Shown piece after piece: positions 56,860 through 64,000 of a stretch of DNA of 64,000 nt. The position numbers and the translations under genes are program-made. Source of the DNA: Acidimicrobiia bacterium (lineage in GTDB: Bacteria > Actinomycetota > Acidimicrobiia > Spongiisociales > Spongiisociaceae); NCBI GenBank assembly GCA_965200835.1, contig OZ241390.1, positions 2,563,286 through 2,627,285 of the forward strand. Direction: 5' to 3'. The notes under the pieces are model-generated. The model was given only the letters and a program-made list of their open reading frames with translations. It had not been told where the DNA came from and ran no database searches. Each line of letters starts with the position of its first letter. Position 1 is the first letter of the stretch.

Positions 56860-59708
56860 TCAGCTTACCTTAGTTCCAGCCACACTTGAGTCTAAGGGCG
56901 TGCGTACTATATCGTCGGGTGAGAGGGCCCAGCAGGTGATAGCGTTATCCAGGTTGACGGCACAACGCGTGTATAAGAAGAATTGTTTGTATTCCCCCTC
57001 AGGAGGACGACTCGAGCCCAGGGCGGCCCTTCCACAGTCAATAGTATTGTCTAGGCGGATAGCACACATCGATGATACATCTAACGTTTTGTACTTACCA
57101 TCAAAATATTCGCTATAACTTTGAGCGGTCGGATCTTAACAAGTGATGGTGTCATCTCGGCCGATAGCACATGGAGCAATCCAACCTCCAATCATTACTT
57201 GTTAATACTCGCCTTCAGGAGTGAACGTTCCACCGAAGAGGCCTTTACCAAAGCTGTCTTTGCCCCAGCATCTGATATTGTCATTCAGACTGATGGCACA
57301 CCCATAGTCACTTCCCAAAACAATTTGTTTGTATCTGCCTTCAGGAGCATCAGCCGCTATGCGACTATTCAAGGTACCCCAGCAGTTGATGGTGTCGTCG
57401 AGACTGATGGCACACCAATCATCGCCGCCCCAATTAAAGACTACTTGTTTATATCTACCATCAGGAGCATCTGACGGACGGTAAGTGTGATGGCCCCAGC
57501 AGGTAATAGTGTCGTCTAGACCAAGAGCACACGCAATACCAGGATCAGCTACAAATAGTTCTTTGAATTTGCCACCTGGACTATCAGTTATAAGCGGAGT
57601 GTCATCGTGACCCCAGCAAGTGATAGTATCATCCAGACCGATAGCACACCCTAAGCGACTGAGGTGGGGTGTTAGACCTATTTGTTTGTATTCACCTTCA
57701 GGAGTGTTGGACAGACCACTGAATTCGGCGGCGTTACCCCAACAAGTAATTGTGTTGTCTAGACTGATTGCACAGGCTGAGGAGTCACCTCCCATCACAA
57801 TCTGTTTGTATTCGCCTTCAGGAGCACCCGTTACAAGGCGAAGCCCCAACAGATAATGTTGTTATCCAGGTCAATCGCACAAGCACTACGGTGAGTACCT
57901 AAGACCACGTGCTTATATTTGCCGTCAGGAGTGCCCCAGCACGTGATAGTACGTTTACCCGGACCTACAGCACATGAGTCAGTCCATTCACTTGAAACGG
58001 TGTACTTAACCTCTCGGTCAGGACCATCACTCTCACCGTGGTAGTCGGTACCCACACAGGCCACGTTACCGTCTAGAGTGAGAGCACACATATAGCCAGT
58101 ACGTATACCATCCTCGCCCATAGTCACTTGTTTGTACTTGCCATCAAAGAACCTACTATCTCCGGGCCAGCAGGTGACAGAGTCGTCAACACCAAGAGCG
58201 CACCCCCAATGGTGTGCCAATTCGATATGTTTGTACTTCCCTTCAGGTGTGTCCTTGACTCGATTACGGTCGTTCTGACCCCAGCAGGTGATGGTATCGT
58301 CAACAGCGATAGCACACGACCAAGAACCACCGCTGGCGATGAACTTATACCTGCCATCGGGACTATCAGTCTGCGTGCCAGCGTTGCTGGTACCCCAGCA
58401 GGTAATGTTTCCAGCTAGGCCAAGTGCACAGAAGTAGTCTAGCCACGAATTTCCTCCGTAGATTAGTTGTTTATATTTGCCTTCAGGGGCATTAGCTACC
58501 ATAGGACTATTCCAGGCGCTGGCCCAGCAGGTGATGGTGTCGTCCAAGCGGATACGACAGTCGGGAGAACCTAATACGACCTGTTTGAACTTACCTTCAG
58601 GCGCATATTCTATGGCTTTTAAGTGGTTCCAGCAATCAATAGTGTCGTCCAGGCTTATAGCACACCACTTATAATGGGTGGGGCTCGCGATCAATTGTTT
58701 ATATTTGCCCTCAGGGATTTGATCTAGACGGGACCAGGAGCCCCAGCAGTCAATAGTATCATCAATGGCAAGTGCACAAGCATTAAGCGGGCCTAAGGCG
58801 ATCTGGGTATATTTTCCTTCAGGAGCCTCCGTCTGACCCTGGTCATTTTTGCCCCAGCAGGCGATGGTCTGATCAGAACGGATGGCGCATGAATAATTGT
58901 CGTAGCTGCTGGCGATGTGGGTGTAGGTAACGGTGGGACTGTCTGAGGGTACGGTGGCAGCGGTCGGTTCGGAAATGGGCTCCAGTTCAAGGGCACGGGC
59001 CAGGAATGTGGCCATCTGAGCTCGGGTTACGCGCTGCTGCGGACAGAATCTGGGCGGATCAAGCTGGCATCCAGCAGTGATATCGGAGGCAGCCAGGGTG
59101 TTGATACTGTCGGTGTGCGTATCGTCATCGTTGATGTCAACGAAGTCCCGTACCCCATCGGTGGATGGCTCGAGTTGGAAACTACGGACGAGAAAGCTGG
59201 CCATCTGAGCTCGGCTGACGGGACGGTCTGGACAGTAACGAAGCGGTCCTGTGGCACAGCCCGACATTACCCCGATCTCAGCGAGACGTACCACATAGGG
59301 TGCCCACCACTCGCCGTCATCGACATCGGCGAACGGATTGACAGCTTGCGACGGTTCCTCATCCAACGAACGAATGACCCACACTGCCATCGTGGAACGC
59401 AGGATCGGCTCATCGGGGCAGAACAAGTTCTCACCACACTCACTACCCGTAACTATCCCTTAAGCGGTAAGAGCATTGATCCACGGTGCTAACGTCCCTC
59501 CACTCACGTCGCCGAAGCCGACCACACTCCCATCCGCAGGCTCGATGCCCTCGCCTGCGACCGGACCCGGCGGCAGCAGGCCCACCACAATAACCACAGT
59601 CACCCACAGCAACCACAGCCGCCGAACAACCGGTAGGAAACCCCAACGCACAACTAACCTCCCAACCCGTTGCCGATCCAGAACACCATCAAGCCTAAAA
59701 CAACTCAA
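56860..59708 (-). pseudogene. Secreted SLH-domain / RCC1-like beta-propeller repeat protein, decayed (three in-frame TAA, one frameshift)
   Basis: Signal peptide and SLH repeats (FGDVSGG..., FADVDDGEWWAPYV, FVDINDD...TRAQMATFLARAL). About 16 repeats of CA..LDDTI.CWG....PEGKYKQ. Stops at 59460, 57202 and 57136. Frame change at 57844-57847. Confidence 0.7.
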
Positions 59709-59922
59709 CCCCCGCCAGAATCCCGACCTAGGTAGACCAAGGAGCTATCCCGGGTGAGCACTCCTTCAAACCACCTTCCGTCTTCAAACTTCACTAACCA
59801 CTAAACCGAACCCCGTGGTGTGTAGACCAAACCGACTGGAACCTTACTCCAATAAGCCGCCGGATCTGGAGGCCTCATACTTGGTCGCCGACCGGTGAGA
59901 CAATTCTAAAAGTGGCTACCTT

Positions 59923-61533
59923 TCAGCTCGGTTGTGGCATAGGTACTATCACACCGGGGTTGAGGACTCCTTTGGGGTCGAGATGGGCCTTGGCTCTGGT
60001 GAGGATGTCGCCGAAGAGTGGAGGGCGCTGCTGGTGGTACCAGGCTTGGTGATCGCGGCCGATGGCGTGGTGGTGGGTGATGGTGCCTTCGTTGTCCAGC
60101 ACGGCATCCGATACGGCGCGCTTGATCTCCCGCCACTGCTCCAGCATCGATCCGGGCCGGGCAGCACGGTGGAAGGCGAAGTAAGGAGCGGGGCCGTCCG
60201 GGTAAGTGTGGCTGAACCGGCATGACACGGCCCCTTCCTGCCCGGTGACCGTCCGGATGGCCTCCTGGGTGGCACTCGTTACCGCGTGATAGAACGACTC
60301 GAACCGGTCCCAGGTGATGGCCGACTCGAAGGTATCGGAGATGATGCCGAGCGGGGTGAGGATCTCCCGGTTGTAGGGCATCCTGATGAATGCCTCCCGC
60401 CACGCACCGACCGTTCCCAGCAGGTGAGCACCTGAGCCCGTATGCCCCTCCAGGTCGGGTGTTCCGCCATGATCGAGCACACACTGTTCGGCCAGGTCCA
60501 TCCAGGCATCGACCGGACGATCTGCCGACTCGAAGGACACCACCATTAGCGAGAACGTACCGTCTCCCGCACCGTTGACTTGCAGCTCCACTCCGTCGAC
60601 GATTCGCACGTTGGCCGGGAACAGACCAGCCTGGGAGATAGCCCTCACTGCCCGGGCAGCCTGCAGGAAGTCCGGGAACCGGAAGCCAGAGGTGGCCTTG
60701 AAACGGACCCGGCCCTGGACCCGCACCCAGGCTTCGGTGATGACGCCCAGCGAACCCTCCGAGCCGATAACCAAGCGGTCCGGGCTGGGACCGGCGCCCG
60801 ACGCGGGAAGGCGCCGGGACTCCATCCGACCGGCCGGGGTGACCAGGGTGACGCTCTCGACCAGGTCGTCTATGTGGGTGTAGAGGGTGGCGAAGTGGCC
60901 CCCGGATCGGGTGGCGATCCAACCGCCCAGCGTCGAGTGCTGGAAGGATTGGGGAAAATGCCGCAGTGTCACACCGTGAGGCTTCAGGGCCGCTTCGAGT
61001 TCCGGCCCGCGGGCTCCGCCCTGGATCCGGGCCACCGTCGAGATGGGATCGACTTCTAGGACCCGGTTCATTCTGGTGGTGTCGAGGGTTACCGTTCCGG
61101 CGTACCCGTCACCGATATCGGGGGTGACGCCTCCCACGACCGACGAACCACCACCATAGGGGATGAGGGCCGCACCCTGTTCACCCGCCCATTCCATCAA
61201 CGCCACCAGGTCGGACTCGTCGCGCGGATAGGCAACGACATCGGGAGCGTGGTCGAAGTCGTTGGCGAAGATCCGGATCGAATCGGGCTGGGATTGGCCA
61301 AAGCTATGCAGGACCCGCTCGTACGGATCCTGGGTGCAGATCGCCGTGACGCCTTCGGGCGGACTCAGGCGAGGTTTCGGAAGCGAGACCCGGTCGACAG
61401 TAGGTGTCCACGCCTCTCCGGAGCCGCGTATACCGAAGTCTTCGGCCAGGGTACGGAGCAACGTTTCCCTGTCACAGGACGCCAAACCATCGCCCTCGTA
61501 TCCCCATCCCCAGAACTTGAGCCGTTTTCCCAA
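59923..61533 (-). CDS. FAD-linked oxidase (alkyl-DHAP synthase / GlcD-like family)
   Basis: MGKRLKFWGWGYEG N-terminus, PCMH-type FAD domain (IPYGGGSSVVGG), and C-terminal HHHAIGRDH. Confidence 0.8.
   Translation of the reverse strand: MGKRLKFWGWGYEGDGLASCDRETLLRTLAEDFGIRGSGEAWTPTVDRVSLPKPRLSPPEGVTAICTQDPYERVLHSFGQSQPDSIRIFANDFDHAPDVVAYPRDESDLVALMEWAGEQGAALIPYGGGSSVVGGVTPDIGDGYAGTVTLDTTRMNRVLEVDPISTVARIQGGARGPELEAALKPHGVTLRHFPQSFQHSTLGGWIATRSGGHFATLYTHIDDLVESVTLVTPAGRMESRRLPASGAGPSPDRLVIGSEGSLGVITEAWVRVQGRVRFKATSGFRFPDFLQAARAVRAISQAGLFPANVRIVDGVELQVNGAGDGTFSLMVVSFESADRPVDAWMDLAEQCVLDHGGTPDLEGHTGSGAHLLGTVGAWREAFIRMPYNREILTPLGIISDTFESAITWDRFESFYHAVTSATQEAIRTVTGQEGAVSCRFSHTYPDGPAPYFAFHRAARPGSMLEQWREIKRAVSDAVLDNEGTITHHHAIGRDHQAWYHQQRPPLFGDILTRAKAHLDPKGVLNPGVIVPMPQPS
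59950..60005. repeat. Copy B of the ~57-bp direct repeat (inside the intact 3' end of the FAD-linked oxidase gene)
   Basis: Encodes ...ILTRAKAHLDPKGVLNPGV on the minus strand. It matches 56133-56189. Confidence 0.85.
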
Positions 61534-61892
61534 GGATTCCTGAACCTTATAGTAAAGGTAGTAGGTAAGTCACGGCACTACCCGGTTGTCGGAGCACGAA
61601 GTGAGTAGCCGTATGTTGCTGGCGGGAGATGGGATAGAAAGAGTTATGGGACAGATATCGTGAGACAGTGTTCACTTTACTCACCCATCACGGACAAGTT
61701 TCATCATCGATCATCATGGCCACTGAAGTTACCGGAATCGTCTCCACACAACCTCACCGGATAGGCTGCGTTCTCGGGAAGGAGGTCCTCAGATACCATC
61801 AACGATGACCTTAACCGGCGGAGCAGATCGAGGTGGCCAACCTGAGAGCTAACCCGGCCGGGTCGGAGCATTTCCATCGCTAGATCCCCTCG

Positions 61893-62822
61893 ATGACGGG
61901 CACCGAAGCCCGGATTTCTGACCGCACCGTATGGATGCTGGTGCTGGTCATCAGTGCTGGATGGGGGACCGGCACCGTGGTGATCCGGGTCGCCCTGCGG
62001 GAGGGGCTGGGCCCGATTACGACCGCCGCAGCCTCCTCCCTGATCGCGGCAGTCGGGGTGACGGCGTTGCTGGTAGGGCGCCGGAAAGGGATGGAGCTGG
62101 GCCCGGCCGAATGGAGGATCGGAGCGGTGCTGTCGGTCCTGAGCGTGCTGCTTCCTTACCAAGTCCGTAACCTGGGATTGCAATACGCTTCGGCAGGCTT
62201 CATCAGCCTGATCAGTTCCCTGGTTCCGCTGGTCACCGCCGTGGTGGCGCACTTCAGCCTGGCCGGCGAACGACTGAAGATGGTCACCGTGGCCAGCTTG
62301 CTGATCGGGCTCGCCGGGGTGGCCGTGTTGTTGCTCGGCGGGGACTCCGGTCTGGCCGAGGGTGGTAACCCGGTACTGGCCGGTTCGCTTTGTCTGATCA
62401 GCGTCGTATCCGTGTCCTTCGCGGCTGTGTATGCCAAGCGTTACGCCGGCAGCTATTCGGTGCTGGCGGTCACGCTGGTCCAGCTAGCGCTCGGATCCTT
62501 CGGGCTGATACTGGTGGCACTGGCCGTCGAAGGGGTTCCAGAAAGCCTGTCCCTGCTGGGCGGTGCCAGCCTGGTTTACATCGGTCTGGTCGGCAACTTC
62601 CTCCCGCTCGCTCTCTACTTCTTCCTGATCCGGTACGTGACTGTTACCTATTCCACCATCGTCGGTTACATAGTTCCGTTCATCGCGGCCTTCGCCGGTG
62701 TCTGGCTCCTCGACGAGCAGATCCAGCCTGGCATCGTATTGGGGGGCGCGCTCGTCTTGGGAGGAGTGGTGGTGACCGATCTGGTCCGGATCCGGGACTC
62801 CCGCCGGGAGCTATCGACGTAG
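61893..62822 (+). CDS. EamA/DMT family transporter
   Basis: Ten predicted TM helices in a 5+5 arrangement. Typical EamA length. Confidence 0.75.
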   Translation: MTGTEARISDRTVWMLVLVISAGWGTGTVVIRVALREGLGPITTAAASSLIAAVGVTALLVGRRKGMELGPAEWRIGAVLSVLSVLLPYQVRNLGLQYASAGFISLISSLVPLVTAVVAHFSLAGERLKMVTVASLLIGLAGVAVLLLGGDSGLAEGGNPVLAGSLCLISVVSVSFAAVYAKRYAGSYSVLAVTLVQLALGSFGLILVALAVEGVPESLSLLGGASLVYIGLVGNFLPLALYFFLIRYVTVTYSTIVGYIVPFIAAFAGVWLLDEQIQPGIVLGGALVLGGVVVTDLVRIRDSRRELST

Positions 62823-62934
62823 TCACCCACCGCGGCCGGCCGCCCAGTTCCCGAGGGTGGTACGGTCAGCTTCCAGCCAAGGATGTCCGGCCGGAGCGTT
62901 GCTCTGTTCCGGTGTCGACCATCCGGGAGGGGCT

Positions 62935-63954
62935 GTGCGAGTAGCGGTCATCACTGGACCGGGCCAGGTCGAGATTCGTCATGAGGACTACCCGAAACCG
63001 GGGAAGGACCAAGTGCTGGTCGATCTGGCCGCCTGCGGGGTCTGTACGTTCGAACGCCGCCTGTTCGCCGGGGAGAACCACTGGTACCCGGTGTCGGCCG
63101 GTCACGAAGCGGCCGCAACCATCGTCGCAGCGGGGGAGGCGGTGGATGGGCTGGCCGGATCTCCCCAGGTCGGTAACCGGGTAACCCTGGATCTGCTGAC
63201 CAGATGCCTCACCTGCGGACCCTGCCGGAGGGGCAGGACCGCCTTGTGCCAGTACCAGCAGGGTCGCACCCTGTCCGACGGTACGGTCGCCCTCGGCGGT
63301 TTCGTCGAGACCATCACCATCGATGCCCGCTCGGTCCATCCGGTAGGCGAGGCATCCATGGTCCATGCCGCCATGGGTGAGCCGCTTGCCTGCTGCCTCC
63401 ATTCCCTCCGCCGGGGCGGGTTCCGTGCCGGTGATCGGGTGGCGATCATCGGGGGTGGGCTGATGGGGCGGCTCCATCTGGCGCTGACCCGCCTGGGGGG
63501 AGCGTCTCGGACCGGCGTGGTCGATCCATCCTCCGAGCGACGCCGCCAGGCCACGGGGGCGGGTGCCGACTGGGTGGCGACCCCCGAGAGGGCCGGCGGG
63601 TTGGCCGGGACACAGGATGTGGTGTTCGTGGCAGCCATGGGAGGCGTGGATCTGGCTCTCGAGCTGGCCGATACCGGTGGCACCGTGGTGCTCTTCAGCG
63701 CGTTCGATCCCCAGGTCAGGGCTTCGATCGGCGCTGACCGGTCCCATCGCCGGGAGATCTCGATCGTCGGCGCCTACAACCAGGAACCGGAGGACTGGCG
63801 CCTAGCTGCCAACCTCATCCGCTCCGGCGTTCTGGCCCCAGATCTGGATCGGCTGGTCACCGCCCGATACCCGTTCGACCGGGTGAGCGACGCCCTGACT
63901 CGAGTGACCACCCAACCCACCTTCCGAGTGTTCGTAGAGTATGACCGCCTCTGA
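62935..63954 (+). CDS. Zinc-dependent medium-chain dehydrogenase/reductase
   Basis: GTG at 62935 with GGGAGGGG upstream. ACGVCTFE and GHEAAATIV zinc-site motifs. IIGGGLMG Rossmann fold. Confidence 0.8.
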   Translation: MRVAVITGPGQVEIRHEDYPKPGKDQVLVDLAACGVCTFERRLFAGENHWYPVSAGHEAAATIVAAGEAVDGLAGSPQVGNRVTLDLLTRCLTCGPCRRGRTALCQYQQGRTLSDGTVALGGFVETITIDARSVHPVGEASMVHAAMGEPLACCLHSLRRGGFRAGDRVAIIGGGLMGRLHLALTRLGGASRTGVVDPSSERRRQATGAGADWVATPERAGGLAGTQDVVFVAAMGGVDLALELADTGGTVVLFSAFDPQVRASIGADRSHRREISIVGAYNQEPEDWRLAANLIRSGVLAPDLDRLVTARYPFDRVSDALTRVTTQPTFRVFVEYDRL

Positions 63955-63964
63955 TGGCCGTCCG

Positions 63965-64000
63965 GTGGCGGTCGGGGTCGACATCGGTACCGGCTCGGCG
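63965..64000 (+). CDS. Possible 5' end of an FGGY-type carbohydrate kinase (runs off the window)
   Basis: GTG then AVGVDIGTGSA resembles the sugar-kinase phosphate-1 motif. Only 12 codons are visible. Confidence 0.3.
   Translation, partial: MAVGVDIGTGSA

Noticed and set aside
57121-58674. + strand ORFs (57121..57474, 57620..57856, 58128..58418, 58477..58674) inside the RCC1 repeat region
   Set aside because: They are mirror images of the periodic minus-strand repeats and have no independent motifs.
56860-59426. CRISPR-like periodicity
   Set aside because: The periodicity is a ~150-nt protein-coding repeat with degenerate units. There is no short conserved direct repeat with unique spacers, and no cas genes.
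51000-59900. Cytosine-deaminase-like hypermutation (CAG/CGA/CAA to stop) as the cause of the low G+C and the nonsense codons
   Set aside because: At least one stop (TAT TAA CAA where the repeat consensus is Y-K-Q, that is AAA to TAA) needs a transversion. The ancestral codons of the others are unknown, so no testable signature can be extracted by eye.
1-64000. tRNA, rRNA or tmRNA genes
   Set aside because: I found no T-loop (GGTTCGAATCC-like) or anticodon-stem patterns and no rRNA-like stretches while reading. Essentially all sizeable gaps are accounted for. This is a visual scan only; tRNAscan-SE or Infernal should confirm it.

Overview
High-G+C (about 65-70% in hand-counted lines) chromosomal segment. 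It looks actinobacterial (mshA for mycothiol, PriA/HisA-like gene, QcrC-like dihaem cytochrome c), but the taxonomic assignment is inference. Gene order, left to right: 5' end of nrdJ. A housekeeping block (HisA-like/VOC fusion, lipoprotein, IMPDH-family protein, cutA, MoaD-like/membrane fusion, M23 peptidase, GNAT-mshA-YbjN). A Clp1-like polynucleotide kinase. A mannitol PTS regulon with ptsH/ptsI and an inositol monophosphatase. A respiratory locus made of a cbb3-like CcoN/CcoO/cytochrome c operon facing a split cytochrome b6/subunit IV-Rieske-dihaem cytochrome c operon. LigC-type DNA ligase plus an FNR-type reductase. A molybdenum hydroxylase (FAD, 2Fe-2S, CobW-like GTPase, Moco subunits). 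A sugar-type ABC importer with a hydrolase/peptidase/UbiD cluster. A BMP-family ABC importer. Then a roughly 9-kb lower-G+C island (45-57% in sampled lines), followed by an FAD-linked oxidase, an EamA transporter and a Zn-ADH. The island holds a translationally coupled RapA-like SNF2 ATPase, an NBD-only Hsp70 and a basic Pro-rich protein, then an IS3 remnant and a decayed SLH/RCC1-repeat gene. Main leads: (1) the SNF2-Hsp70-basic protein operon, an accessory three-gene module I cannot match to any described system. (2) A CcoN homologue in which every canonical haem/CuB histidine position appears substituted, next to a CcoO-like cytochrome c. (3) A roughly 35-aa N-terminal module shared by three respiratory subunits. 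(4) Six in-frame stops and three frameshifts concentrated between 46 and 60 kb; each frameshift would be repaired by adding one G to a GGGG run. I saw no rRNA, tRNA or CRISPR array. Many long antisense ORFs in the track are typical high-G+C shadow ORFs and are not reported.
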